64,000 bases of DNA from Dehalococcoidia bacterium (GCA_022451925.1 JAKUNL010000001.1:141157-205156); one strand, 5' to 3'; counted from the first letter of the stretch, positions 40,431 to 50,635 are shown. Translations and numbers: made by a program. Notes: a model not told the origin generated them from the sequence alone.

Positions 40431-40766
40431 TTGACTCATTTTCCCGTGTGGAATTATAATGCAGCGTCCTCATTCCACAGCTATATTAACGAGGTGGACT
40501 GGGCCAAGTCTGCCGGGTACTCCAAGGTCTTCAGCTTTGACAGTCTAGAAGATATGACCAGCGGTATCGACGTAGCATTAACCACAGATGGAGCGATATT
40601 CGTACACCTCTTAATCGAACCTCAGATCAAAGATACTCTGGATTATTTCGGCCCGCCCACCGGTAGGACTGCCCACCCGGTCATCGCCGACATGCCCGAG
40701 GCATTGGGCAAAGCACTAGTCCTTAATCTAAACGGCACAACCGAATCTCAAACCGGGGTAAAGTGA
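40431..40766 (+). CDS. Truncated ThDP-enzyme C-terminal fragment (ComE-like), possibly a pseudogene
   Basis: WAKSAGYSKVFSFDSLED...DGAIFVHLLIEP aligns by eye with the C-terminus of the ORF at 41120. Confidence 0.5.
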   Translation: MTHFPVWNYNAASSFHSYINEVDWAKSAGYSKVFSFDSLEDMTSGIDVALTTDGAIFVHLLIEPQIKDTLDYFGPPTGRTAHPVIADMPEALGKALVLNLNGTTESQTGVK

Positions 40767-40842
40767 TTTTGTCTGCCCCGGTTTATTTTTATACGAACTG
40801 GAAGTGGTTAGGGCGTACGGTCACCAACTACAGTAACCAAGG

Positions 40843-41157
40843 ATGGCTCAGCGTATTATGAAAGGTGGATTGTTTCCCAGAATTGGTGCCTATGCCGTTA
40901 TGGCTCTTGGATTCTGGCTCCTGTTTCAGGCGTTTGAAACGTCTAATATCCTGACTGGGATTCTAGGTGGAGCCATCATCATAGTAGGAATGTATCTGAT
41001 GACCGGAGTTTGGCGGGATATGTTCGCCAAGTTCGGTGGTAACTACCAAATACGGAAGGAGAACAGCTCCAGTGACGACACGTCGAAGGAAAAGATCGAG
41101 GGGGCCGGTAATCTCATCGATGGAAGCGACCAAGGCGGTGAACTTCCACCGAAGTGA
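40843..41157 (+). CDS. Small hypothetical membrane protein (2 TM helices)
   Basis: Two hydrophobic segments followed by a charged tail. Confidence 0.6.
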   Translation: MAQRIMKGGLFPRIGAYAVMALGFWLLFQAFETSNILTGILGGAIIIVGMYLMTGVWRDMFAKFGGNYQIRKENSSSDDTSKEKIEGAGNLIDGSDQGGELPPK

Positions 41158-41689
41158 AGCACTAGTCGTCTCCACCTCATCTGCTCTACGAGACTGGAGT
41201 CAGGTATCAAGCCGGCGAGACCTGGACGTTGACCTATCTGATTGCATGGACCGTGCCCCTGCGGTGGGGTTGGGGTTGGCCTTGGCCCAGCCGGAAGGCA
41301 AAGTTTTAGTTTTGGATTGTGATTCTACCCTTAGAACCAATCTCGGTGGTCTGGCGACTATCGGGGAGTCAAATCCAAAAAACCTGGTTCACTTTGTATT
41401 CGATGACGTCGCAAGTTCTTCTACATCAGGAATCCCCATCAAGGAAATGGACAATATGGACCTGGCTCAGATAGCAATGAGTTCAGGTTACGCCAAATCT
41501 TACGAGTTCGATAAGTTAGAAGAGTTACTCATCGGCCTGGAAGACGTGATGCGCCAGAAGGGTCCGGTTTTCGTGCGGATAAAGGTATTCCGGGAGAGTA
41601 AACAAAATCCGTATCCGGAACGCACTATGGCGCAAGGCTGGGCTTTAGTCAAAGAAACTCTCTCTCCTACCGTAACAGAATACAAATAG
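41120..41689 (+). CDS. Sulfopyruvate/phosphonopyruvate decarboxylase beta-like (ComE-like) protein with degenerate ThDP motif
   Basis: GLGLALAQPEGKVLVLDCDS..TNLGGLATI...PKNLVHFVFDD, GPVFVRIKV; the GDG motif reads CDS. Confidence 0.75.
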   Translation: MEATKAVNFHRSEALVVSTSSALRDWSQVSSRRDLDVDLSDCMDRAPAVGLGLALAQPEGKVLVLDCDSTLRTNLGGLATIGESNPKNLVHFVFDDVASSSTSGIPIKEMDNMDLAQIAMSSGYAKSYEFDKLEELLIGLEDVMRQKGPVFVRIKVFRESKQNPYPERTMAQGWALVKETLSPTVTEYK

Positions 41690-41743
41690 TTCTCCTAAAT
41701 GTACCTGGACTAACAGCAAAATCTCTAATGCAGGAGTAATGCG

Positions 41744-43030
41744 TTGCCTCAGGACAACAACATCCTCAGGGTTATCTTACCGGGCAAACTGATAGACGGA
41801 ATCGGCACCCAACCTCAAGAGGGAAAGGCGGTAGCTATTCAAGGTAATTCTATCAAGTGGGTCGGCTCCGCAGCAGATGCCGACAACCTGGATTCAAACG
41901 GCGCGACCAAGGAAATAATGGAATTTCCTGGCGGCACGTTGCTGGCCGGATTGTTCGATATCCACACTCACACCAACATGCCCGGTGACGGCAGGACCGG
42001 CGAACAAATAAACCTAGACGACAACGATGAAATCCGTCTCCTTCGGTCAGCACGTAACGCGGCAACTGCAATCGCATCTGGCGTTACCACCATGTGCGAC
42101 TGCGGTTCTTGGAACCGGACCGGCTTTGCTCTAAAAGAAGGCCTGTCGGCGGGCCTGGTTGAAGGCCCTAGGGTACTAGTATCGGGCCCTCCTCTCACGG
42201 TGACCGGAGGGCATCTCTACTACATGGGTGGCGAGGCTGACGGAGTCGCCGAAGTTAGAAAAATGGTCCGGAATTTAGTAAAACAAGGAGCCGACTTCAT
42301 CAAGATTGCCGCTTCTGGTGGGAGCACCTCTACAAGCGACCCGTACCGTGCTGCCTATTCAGTAGATGAGTTAAAGGCCATCGTGTACGAATCCCACAAC
42401 CGTGGCCGACCCGTTCTGGCCCACTGCCGTTGCACTGATGCAATTAACGCGGCATTGGATGCAGACGTAGATGCCATTTTGCACTGCTCTTTCTATGACA
42501 ATGACGGCCAATACCGATATGACCAGGAAACCGCCGAACGGCTTGCGGCCTCTGAGGTTTACCTAAACCCGACCATGGGCCTAGGCCAGGCCAACCGCGA
42601 CCGACTGATTCGAATCAAGAACGAGCGAGGATTGACTGAGGACGAGAATCAGAGGCTCGAACGCTCCAGGGTTTCCGGCGAGAATTCCAGAGCACAGTTC
42701 AGAGCCCTAATAGAAGCTGGAGTAAAGTTGGTCGGAGGCTCAGACTGTGGGTGGAGTTATTATCCTTTCGGTGACTTCCAAGGAGAAGTCATGTCACTCC
42801 ACAGGGCAGGGTTATCTAGGATTGACGCAATCCATGCCAGCACACGCAGCCCTGCTTTAGCCCTTGGGATTGCCGATTCCATTGGCACAGTGGAAGCTGG
42901 GAAACAAGCCGATCTGCTGGTAGTAAACGGAGACCCGGCACAAGACTTGGAAAACCTCCGTAACGTAGACGTAGTATTCAAGGGCGGTGCCAGACTTGCC
43001 ACAACTAACGAACGTACGGTTTCAGACTAG
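41744..43030 (+). CDS. Metal-dependent amidohydrolase family protein
   Basis: GLFDIHTH, GADFIKI, VLAHC, ILHC, GGSDCG, GTVEAGKQADLLVVNGDP. Confidence 0.9.
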   Translation: MPQDNNILRVILPGKLIDGIGTQPQEGKAVAIQGNSIKWVGSAADADNLDSNGATKEIMEFPGGTLLAGLFDIHTHTNMPGDGRTGEQINLDDNDEIRLLRSARNAATAIASGVTTMCDCGSWNRTGFALKEGLSAGLVEGPRVLVSGPPLTVTGGHLYYMGGEADGVAEVRKMVRNLVKQGADFIKIAASGGSTSTSDPYRAAYSVDELKAIVYESHNRGRPVLAHCRCTDAINAALDADVDAILHCSFYDNDGQYRYDQETAERLAASEVYLNPTMGLGQANRDRLIRIKNERGLTEDENQRLERSRVSGENSRAQFRALIEAGVKLVGGSDCGWSYYPFGDFQGEVMSLHRAGLSRIDAIHASTRSPALALGIADSIGTVEAGKQADLLVVNGDPAQDLENLRNVDVVFKGGARLATTNERTVSD

Positions 43031-43035
43031 ATAAT

Positions 43036-43410
43036 ATGCACCATTGGGAAATAGGCGGGCCCATAAGCATCGGGTGGCCCGATCACGACGTTCCGGAACG
43101 TGAATACACAATTGTCGAAGTGGAGAAGCTCGGCCAGGTGTTTCGCAGTCGAGTGAGCGACGGCAAAAAAGAAGGTGGCTTCCTAGTCGTGTTTGACTGT
43201 CCAGATGTCGTCCTTGAAATGCTGGCTGAAAAAGCAACCCAACGTCTCGGTTTCAAGGTCATCGTATCTAATCTGAGATGCAGCATTGAAGGCAACGTAC
43301 TCCGAAGTTTTGACTACGAATGGTACCCTACACCAGAATTTGCCAATCGCCCAAGCGACCTGTCCCGGACCATAGCCGAGTCACTTGAAGATATGCGAAG
43401 AGCAGGTTGA
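43036..43410 (+). CDS. Hypothetical protein
   Basis: 124-aa ORF 5 nt after the amidohydrolase stop, protein-like composition; no family recognised. Confidence 0.7.
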   Translation: MHHWEIGGPISIGWPDHDVPEREYTIVEVEKLGQVFRSRVSDGKKEGGFLVVFDCPDVVLEMLAEKATQRLGFKVIVSNLRCSIEGNVLRSFDYEWYPTPEFANRPSDLSRTIAESLEDMRRAG

Positions 43411-43441
43411 ACAGAAACCTCTCCTGGCAGACATTTTGAAG

Positions 43442-43470
43442 TGGACTTACTCCAGAGTCGAATGTATTAT
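43442..43470 (+). promoter_or_regulatory. Promoter of cupin copy 1
   Basis: TGGACT-17 nt-TATTAT; paralogous to 44044-44072. Confidence 0.6.
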
Positions 43471-43521
43471 TATGATCGGTAAATTTCCCCACCACAGGCA
43501 GATCAGTAAGAGGAGGAATCA

Positions 43522-43905
43522 ATGAAAAAAGTAACAATGAGCAGCGTAGCAAGGACCAAAGCCGAGATGAATGACCTAGGCAGCGGGGGTCTTATGACTG
43601 GAACTCAAGTCTGGCGGCAGTCCATCTTGAATCCAGAAGACAGCAACAATTTCAACTTCGCGATCGTAGCATTTGACGCTGGTTCGAGGAACAAATTCCA
43701 CAAGCATTCTGGCGACCAGATATTGATTGTGACTGAGGGCACCGGTACCGTCGCCAACGACACCGAATCCCTGACCGTCACTGAGGGAGATGTGGTCGTA
43801 ATCCCCGCTGGTGAGAACCATTGGCACGGCGCACCTGACTCTACTTCCATGGCCCACATCACCGTCACTGTAAAGGGAAGCGAGACTGAACAAACCGAAG
43901 CCTAA
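43522..43905 (+). CDS. Cupin domain protein, copy 1
   Basis: FHKHSGDQILIVTEG, GDVVVIPAGENHWHGA; GAGGAGG SD. Confidence 0.92.
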   Translation: MKKVTMSSVARTKAEMNDLGSGGLMTGTQVWRQSILNPEDSNNFNFAIVAFDAGSRNKFHKHSGDQILIVTEGTGTVANDTESLTVTEGDVVVIPAGENHWHGAPDSTSMAHITVTVKGSETEQTEA

Positions 43906-43932
43906 GTGCTTCCGGTCCAGGCCACTGAGCTT

Positions 43933-43972
43933 AAAAAGTCACGTAGTAGTTTTACGACTTCGTGACTTTTTT
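43933..43972 (+). terminator. Intrinsic terminator after cupin 1
   Basis: AAAAAGTCACG...CGTGACTTTTTT. Confidence 0.75.
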
Positions 43973-44043
43973 ATTTGGTCTATTAAAATCAGCCAGGCGT
44001 CTAGATTAGGTGCGAAGCCCTAACTCTAGCAATAGCAAGTCAT

Positions 44044-44072
44044 TGGACTTACACAAGGGCCGTATGTATGAT
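44044..44072 (+). promoter_or_regulatory. Promoter of cupin copy 2
   Basis: TGGACT-17 nt-TATGAT. Confidence 0.6.
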
Positions 44073-44123
44073 TGTAACCGTTAATTTCCCCAGCCCCGTC
44101 TGGGTCAACAGCAGGAGTAAGCC

Positions 44124-44507
44124 GTGAAGAAAGTCACCATGAGCAGTGTAAGGAAGACGAAAGCGGAGATGAGTGCCCTGGGCAGCGGCGGTCTAATGAC
44201 CGGCACCCAGGTCTGGGCCCAAGAAATCTTGGAATCAGGCGATAGCAACGACTTCACCTTCGGTATCAGGAGCTTTGATGCCGGAGCACGGACCAAGTTC
44301 CATAAGCATTCCGGAGACCAGATCCTGATCATCACCGAAGGCGTCGGATCTGTCGGTACAGACAACGAAACCTTAAGCATAGTTGAAGGTGATGTCGTTC
44401 TAATTCCCGCCGGCGAAAACCACTTCCACGGCGCACCCGATGCTACTTCTATGGCCCATATCACAATCCAGAAGAAAGGCAGCGTAACCGAACAAACCGA
44501 AGCCTAA
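44124..44507 (+). CDS. Cupin domain protein, copy 2 (tandem paralog)
   Basis: Same length (127 aa) and colinear with copy 1; FHKHSGDQILIITEG, IPAGENHFHGA. Confidence 0.92.
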   Translation: MKKVTMSSVRKTKAEMSALGSGGLMTGTQVWAQEILESGDSNDFTFGIRSFDAGARTKFHKHSGDQILIITEGVGSVGTDNETLSIVEGDVVLIPAGENHFHGAPDATSMAHITIQKKGSVTEQTEA

Positions 44508-44525
44508 ATCCCCTTCTACCAAGCT

Positions 44526-44582
44526 TAGAAAATTAAAGAGACCCTGCGGAGATTAACGCCGCAGGGTCTCTTTAATTTTCTA
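44526..44582. terminator. Bidirectional terminator between cupin 2 and the amidase
   Basis: 24-bp inverted repeat TAGAAAATTAAAGAGACCCTGCGG / CCGCAGGGTCTCTTTAATTTTCTA. Confidence 0.8.
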
Positions 44583-44621
44583 GTGATAACCCAATATTTC
44601 CAAATATCCCTTTTGGTGTAA

Positions 44622-46040
44622 CTATTTCCCAAGGATTCCCGGCAACCGGTCTCCGAGCATAGTTGCCTGCTCAAATGCATTTGCTAGCTGAAGTACGCCG
44701 TAGTCATCGTGGTGACGTCCAACTATTTGTAAACCAACTGGAAGGCCTTCGGGAGTAAAACCACATGGCACAGATAAAGCAGGATGACCGAGCGCACTGA
44801 TGTAGTAGCATGATTTCATCCAATCAATATACGACTCCATCAGTACTCCATTTATCTCGGTTGGATACTCCGTTGTGGCATCAAATGGAGGTACTTGATT
44901 AACAGGCATAATCATGAATTCATAGGTATCCATGAAAGCATTTACTCTGTCGAAATAAGCGGTTCTCATCTTTTCGGCTTGACCCACATCGCTTGCTGTT
45001 AACTTCAGTCCGCTCTCAATCTCACCGATTATCGTACCTTTGATCAAATCTCTGTGCTGTTCCAGTAATTCAGACCTTAAAGATGCCGTACCCCAGGCTC
45101 GGAGGGTTTTAAACACTTCGTCAGCATTGCTAAAATCGGGGGCTGTCTCGTCTACAACACAACCAAGAGATTCAAGAACTCCTACACTGGTCCTAATTAT
45201 CGAGGTTACTTTCGGGTCGACTGGGAGACCGCCAACATCACTCACGTATGCAATACGAACTCCAGCGAAATCCCGCTCCAATATCCTAGCAAAGCTGATT
45301 CCGGGCTGTTCGATGGATATCGGAGAACGATTGTCAGGTCCAGCAATTGCACTTAAATGTAGCGCCAAATCCGCCACAGTACGCGCCATTGGTCCTTGTA
45401 CAGCCAGAGTACTCCACCCCAGCGGCGAAACCCCTGGGACTCTACCGGGTGAAGGCCGTAAACCGACCACGTTGTTAAAATTGGCCGGGTTACGCAATGA
45501 GCCACCTAGATCGGTTCCGTCAGCTATAGGCAACATCCTGCAAGCTAATGAAACTCCAGCCCCTCCGCTGCTGCCACCGCATGTCTTGGAAATGTCATAA
45601 GGGTTAAGTGTCGCGCCGAATACGGGATTAAATGTATTGGAGCCGGCACCAAACTCGGGCGTATTCGTTTTACCGATGATAATTGCCCCGGCTTTTTTGA
45701 TCCGCTCGACGATAATCGCATCTTTATCTGGAACGTTGTCTTTATATATCGGTGACCCGAATGTCGTCCGAATACCCTTGGTCAACGTCAGATCCTTCAC
45801 AGCTGTGGGGAGTCCATGAAGCGGTCCTAAATCGTCCCCTTTAGAAATCGCATCATCCGCGGCTTTGGCCCCTTCGATCGCCACATCAGGAAGAAGGGTG
45901 ACGATTGCATTAACAGTCGGATTCACCTTCTCAATTTGAGTCAGATGTGCTTCCATAACTTCGACAGCTGACAGGCTGCGGTCGCGGATATTATCGCGTA
46001 TTTCCGTAGCCGTCAGAAAACAAATATCATTGCCAATCAT
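44622..46040 (-). CDS. Amidase signature family enzyme
   Basis: GPLHGLPTAVKD, GKTNTPEFG, GGSSGG, GTDLGGSLRNPA. Confidence 0.93.
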   Translation of the reverse strand: MIGNDICFLTATEIRDNIRDRSLSAVEVMEAHLTQIEKVNPTVNAIVTLLPDVAIEGAKAADDAISKGDDLGPLHGLPTAVKDLTLTKGIRTTFGSPIYKDNVPDKDAIIVERIKKAGAIIIGKTNTPEFGAGSNTFNPVFGATLNPYDISKTCGGSSGGAGVSLACRMLPIADGTDLGGSLRNPANFNNVVGLRPSPGRVPGVSPLGWSTLAVQGPMARTVADLALHLSAIAGPDNRSPISIEQPGISFARILERDFAGVRIAYVSDVGGLPVDPKVTSIIRTSVGVLESLGCVVDETAPDFSNADEVFKTLRAWGTASLRSELLEQHRDLIKGTIIGEIESGLKLTASDVGQAEKMRTAYFDRVNAFMDTYEFMIMPVNQVPPFDATTEYPTEINGVLMESYIDWMKSCYYISALGHPALSVPCGFTPEGLPVGLQIVGRHHDDYGVLQLANAFEQATMLGDRLPGILGK

Positions 46041-46158
46041 CTAAATATCCCTTTATAGCCAACGTATAGTATTGTTCAAAGGTAGAATGGTCTCGTCTGT
46101 ACTTATTTGACCTCAGCAAAACTACACGAAATACTGTTTTTGTTAAGCAGCTTACTGA

Positions 46159-47799
46159 TTACATTAAATTTAGTTCTGCGTATCCGCTTTCAACAACTTC
46201 GTTGCAACGTTGTCGATAAGAAGTTTGTGTACCGCTATAACGAGCAATAATCCTTTTCTGTCTGCCATCCAGATTACTGTTTACACCGGTCATCCAAGAG
46301 TCGATCTGATTAGCCAAAAGTCCTTCTCCCTGTTCCAATACGTGTTGGTACCAACTTTCAACCGCTTCAGCTGTCGCTTCTGCTCGGGTAAGATTTCGTG
46401 CCGTCATATGGCCAATCAGATCAGTTATCCACTCAACATTGAATTCAATACTTCGGGGGTTGTTACCCAACAGCGCATGGGGGCCAAGAATCATAAATAG
46501 GTTGGGGAAGTTATTAATTTGGATTCCGAGGAAAGTGGATAATTCGTCATCCCATTGATCTTTTAATCTACGACCATGGACGCCCGAAATCTCTATCTTG
46601 TTATAACTACCTAATATTGCATCGAACCCTGTCGCGTAGATTATAAGATCAAATTCAAATGACCTATCTGTAGTAACGATCCCGTCGGGAGTGACTTTTT
46701 CAATCGGTGTATCAATGATATCGACCAATTCAACGTTGTCCCGGTTGTATGATTCGTAATATCTCGTTTCCAAAGGCACTCGCCTTGTCCCAAATCCATG
46801 ATCTTTAGGAATCAATTTCTCTGCGGTATCAGGGTCTTCTACACGTTGACGAATTTTGTTCGCAACGAACTCTGACATCGCTTCGTTTGCCTTTGGATCG
46901 ATTAAGACGTCTTTGAAATTACCCTGCCAGATACCGAACCCTTTACTGGCGTATAGATTCTCCCAAAACTCGTATCGCTCATCTGCTGAAACCTCGAACG
47001 TAGAACGTGAGTCAGCAGTGTGTAAAAACCCCGCAGCCGTTTGGTTGCAAGTTTCAAAGATCTCTTCGTAACCGGCCCGTATCTCTTTCATCTCATCGGG
47101 TTCGATCTTTGCGTTGTGTAGCGGAGCGCACCAATTAGGCCGACGTTGAAATACCGTTAGATGGCCGACGTCCTTGCAGATCTCTTGAATAGTTTGTACG
47201 CCGGTGGCGCCAGTTCCAATCACTGCCACTCTCTTACCCGAGTAGCTCACGGATTCATGCGGCCACCGTGAAGTGTGAAACGACTGACCTTTAAAAGAAT
47301 CTATCCCAGGAATTTTAGGTAACGTCGGTTGAGAGAGTAGCCCGATTCCCGTAATTAGGAACCTACATTTGAATTTGCTACCATCTTGCAGCTGGATTTC
47401 CCAGCTCCTTGTATCGTCTCTATAAGTCGCTGACTTTACCTCACTAGAGAATTGGATGTCTTTGTACAAATCAAATTTGTCCGCGACATGTTGAAGGTAA
47501 CGAAGAATTTCGGGTTGTGATGCAAAATGTTCGGACCAGTCCCATTCGTCAAGAAGTTCTTGTGAAAAAGAATATCCGTACGAATAACTTTCCGAATCGA
47601 ATCGAGCGCCAGGGTAGCGATTCCAATACCAGGTCCCACCCACTCCTGTACCCGCCTCGAACAACTGAACCCTCATACCGAGATTCCGTAATCTATAAAG
47701 CTGATAAAGGCCTGCCACACCGGCTCCGATTACGATCGCGTCGAAATCAAGATTGGCTTCAGGAATAAGGGCTCTCGAGTTTGTCGCGGTTTGAGTCAT
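46159..47799 (-). CDS. Baeyer-Villiger monooxygenase (cyclohexanone monooxygenase-like)
   Basis: GAGVAG, GGTWYWNRYPGARFDS, FKGQSFHTSRWP (BVMO fingerprint), GTGATG, ATGFD. Confidence 0.94.
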   Translation of the reverse strand: MTQTATNSRALIPEANLDFDAIVIGAGVAGLYQLYRLRNLGMRVQLFEAGTGVGGTWYWNRYPGARFDSESYSYGYSFSQELLDEWDWSEHFASQPEILRYLQHVADKFDLYKDIQFSSEVKSATYRDDTRSWEIQLQDGSKFKCRFLITGIGLLSQPTLPKIPGIDSFKGQSFHTSRWPHESVSYSGKRVAVIGTGATGVQTIQEICKDVGHLTVFQRRPNWCAPLHNAKIEPDEMKEIRAGYEEIFETCNQTAAGFLHTADSRSTFEVSADERYEFWENLYASKGFGIWQGNFKDVLIDPKANEAMSEFVANKIRQRVEDPDTAEKLIPKDHGFGTRRVPLETRYYESYNRDNVELVDIIDTPIEKVTPDGIVTTDRSFEFDLIIYATGFDAILGSYNKIEISGVHGRRLKDQWDDELSTFLGIQINNFPNLFMILGPHALLGNNPRSIEFNVEWITDLIGHMTARNLTRAEATAEAVESWYQHVLEQGEGLLANQIDSWMTGVNSNLDGRQKRIIARYSGTQTSYRQRCNEVVESGYAELNLM

Positions 47800-48254
47800 T
47801 TTTCTCTCTGGTGTATATAGATATAAACGAATATACCAATGAGTATCTCATCAGGCAATGACAAAAATTTACCGCTAATCACATTACTAAAACAGAAACA
47901 TCGACAGTTCACCGGGTGATTCACGAATAGCGGACTTCGGTTTCCTTCGTAAGATAAATCGAGTCGCATTCCAGAGAACCGGACAAAAATATATGTGGAT
48001 ATGACCTCGCACAGTCCAAAATCAGTGGTGGAGAAATTGTTTTTACATGGCTTTTATACTCAACCAAATTCATTTCGGTAAATGAGCAATCCATAAACCA
48101 GATTTATAGTATGTTCATGTAGAGAGAGTAGATAGACCCCGGCGTTGTATCAGAATAACGATTAAGGGAGACGTACTCCGTTCACCAAATCTCTTCGCTG
48201 GAGATAAAGTTCCGAACGCGGCTCTACTTCCACGATTTCGCAGCTGAACAGAGG

Positions 48255-49136
48255 TCAGTTCCCTGCTGCTTCCGCTATTATGCGGATGGTCTCTGCCAAG
48301 TCACGGTTTCTGTCCCTAGTTTCTGGGTTTTCATCACCCAGAGAGGTTGCACCGATCATTCGATACATATCAGCCACGCCTTTAAAGATATTCGGAGTTA
48401 AACCCAATTCTCGGAACGTGGCTTCAATCTCTTCCATCTCACTGACCCAACGGCGAGACTTAGCGGGCATCGATGGAATCCAACTCTCCATACGATCGAC
48501 CACCGGTTTATGGCCACTAGAAAATTCGACCATGAGTTCTTCACTAAGGCCCATTTTCTCAGCAGCTATCATAAGCTCCGTGTGCAAAGCAGCAGTACCC
48601 TTGGTCATCGCTGCGTAGCACATCTTGATACCAGAAGCGCGACCTAATTGGCCTCCGAGGTTACGGACGTCCAGCCCATATTCACGAAGTTGTTCCATAT
48701 CACCAGAGTTATCGCCCGAGACATACAGTCTAGGGCTAGAACCGTTACGAGGTGGCCCCCCAATGATTGAAGCGTCCACGTAACGCGCTCCTCCTTCATT
48801 CAACACATTTTTCATTTCAGCACTCAACGAAGGAGCAATGGCGTTGCATTCTGCGAACAGAAGATTAGTACCAGTGGCTTTCACTGAGTCAGCTATCTCA
48901 TGGCAAAGCCCGGGCACAGCTCCAGAGACAGTAACAGACATTAAAACGTCTGACTCTTCTACCAATGCATTTAGATTCGGTAAGTTTTCAATTCCGGCCT
49001 TTTCAGAAAGTTCTTTCGTCCGAGTACTACGGCCAGACAAACAGGTCAAAACCCGCATTTCATGTTCTTTGAGTAGTTGTCCTATAGCATGCCCCATGTC
49101 TCCAGGGCTAAGGATGGCAACTGATTCTATAGACAA
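48255..49136 (-). CDS. NAD(P)-dependent oxidoreductase (6PGDH/beta-hydroxyacid dehydrogenase-like, DUF1932-type C-terminus)
   Basis: ILSPGDMG, CNAIAP, VDASIIGGPP, ASGIKMCYAAMTKG, RRWVSEMEEI. Confidence 0.87.
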   Translation of the reverse strand: MSIESVAILSPGDMGHAIGQLLKEHEMRVLTCLSGRSTRTKELSEKAGIENLPNLNALVEESDVLMSVTVSGAVPGLCHEIADSVKATGTNLLFAECNAIAPSLSAEMKNVLNEGGARYVDASIIGGPPRNGSSPRLYVSGDNSGDMEQLREYGLDVRNLGGQLGRASGIKMCYAAMTKGTAALHTELMIAAEKMGLSEELMVEFSSGHKPVVDRMESWIPSMPAKSRRWVSEMEEIEATFRELGLTPNIFKGVADMYRMIGATSLGDENPETRDRNRDLAETIRIIAEAAGN

Positions 49137-49783
49137 AGGAAACTCCCTTCACAATCACATTTTGCATTTAATCACTATTTCCATCTTAGACACTAATCAA
49201 TCCGCGCTATTGATGCAAGTTGTCTGACGATGCCAGGCAATACCACGAAAGTCCAGACTCCTCAGCCTCCTTGACGATGTTACCTCAAACCAAATAGTGC
49301 AGATGTCATTTAGATTAAAGGTGTCAAACATAGCGAAAATAAAATAACCTTTACCATTTAATCTTCGGTTATAGAGCTGAAATACTCGAAAAAGCGATCC
49401 CAGCATCGCAGTACGCCAGCCCCGCTGTTTTGGGATGGTCTTGGCTGTGACGTACCTGTTCGTTACTCCAACCGACGTCAAATCCATGATGTTTAGCTAG
49501 CACGTAGCAGTTTCGATGACGCCCATCCGTGATTTATGAACATTGTCCAATAATCTGATTCTAATGAAGCAACCAGATGCCAATTTGATGTGCCAGATCA
49601 AACCCCTCGTGGGATTGGAATAGCCATTGGTATGCATAACTCCGGTGACGTCATGAGGTCCGACCCAGCCGACCTTATTACCATTGTGTTCGAAGACCAA
49701 TATGGGACAAGTTATATGCCGTTATGGTCATAACTTAAAGTCCAATTTCTCCACCACTGCTAACCCAATTCACAGTTGCTAAG

Positions 49784-50635
49784 TTAGCCAACGCTAAGGC
49801 CGTGGGCGTCTTGAACTGGACTAGGAACTCGCCTTGGCCGGAGATTCGTGTAGGCCATAACCATAGAAAACACCGCGGCCTCAACCAACACAACCGACGC
49901 TCCTGAGGAAACATCTATGAAGAAGCTAAGGTATATCCCCACGAATCCGCATATAGCCCCCAAGCCCGTCGAAAGTAGCAACACATTTGAGAACCGATCA
50001 CTCAACATACGAGCCGACACAGGCGGAATCACAGTGGCACCAGCAATTAGCAGCACTCCCAAAACTTGCATAGACACTACGATCGTGGCTGCTAAAACCA
50101 ACGAAAATAGAGTCTCTACCCATCCGGTAGGCACGCCATAAAATTGAGCCACCTCTCCGTCGAATGTAGCGAACAGAAAAAACTTATAGACCATGAAAAG
50201 AACGGCAATAGTAGCCAAAGCCACTACAACAATGGCCACTAGGTCTCCCACGCTCACTCCCAATATGTTCCCGAATAGAGCAGCTTCAAAGTCGCGAGTG
50301 AAGGACTTGTAACGGCTTATCAGTACGATACCTAAGGCAAAACTTGCTGTGGTTATCACTCCAATCGCGGCATCAGCAGCGATCTTACGTTTTTTGGCCG
50401 TCAGAGCGATAAGCTGAGCGCAGAAGAAACCCCAGACGGTTGCCCCAATAAAAAAGTTGATGGACAGAACGAAGCTGACTACTGCTCCACCAAGTACAGC
50501 ATGTGACAGGCCATGTCCTATATATGACATGCGCTTCAACACAATATAAACACCGATCATTCCGCAGAGGCCACCAACCAAGGTTGCCGCAATCATCCCA
50601 CGTACAAAAAACTGATAATCGAATGGCTCAAACAT
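49784..50635 (-). CDS. Zn/Mn ABC transporter permease
   Basis: MFEPFDYQFFVRG, IGHGLSHAVLGG, DAAIGV, LFGNIL; start moved to ATG 50635. Confidence 0.92.
   Translation of the reverse strand: MFEPFDYQFFVRGMIAATLVGGLCGMIGVYIVLKRMSYIGHGLSHAVLGGAVVSFVLSINFFIGATVWGFFCAQLIALTAKKRKIAADAAIGVITTASFALGIVLISRYKSFTRDFEAALFGNILGVSVGDLVAIVVVALATIAVLFMVYKFFLFATFDGEVAQFYGVPTGWVETLFSLVLAATIVVSMQVLGVLLIAGATVIPPVSARMLSDRFSNVLLLSTGLGAICGFVGIYLSFFIDVSSGASVVLVEAAVFSMVMAYTNLRPRRVPSPVQDAHGLSVG

Noticed and set aside
47800-48254. AT-richer gap upstream of the BVMO as a possible mobile-element scar
   Set aside because: No transposase fragment, terminal inverted repeats or target duplications seen.
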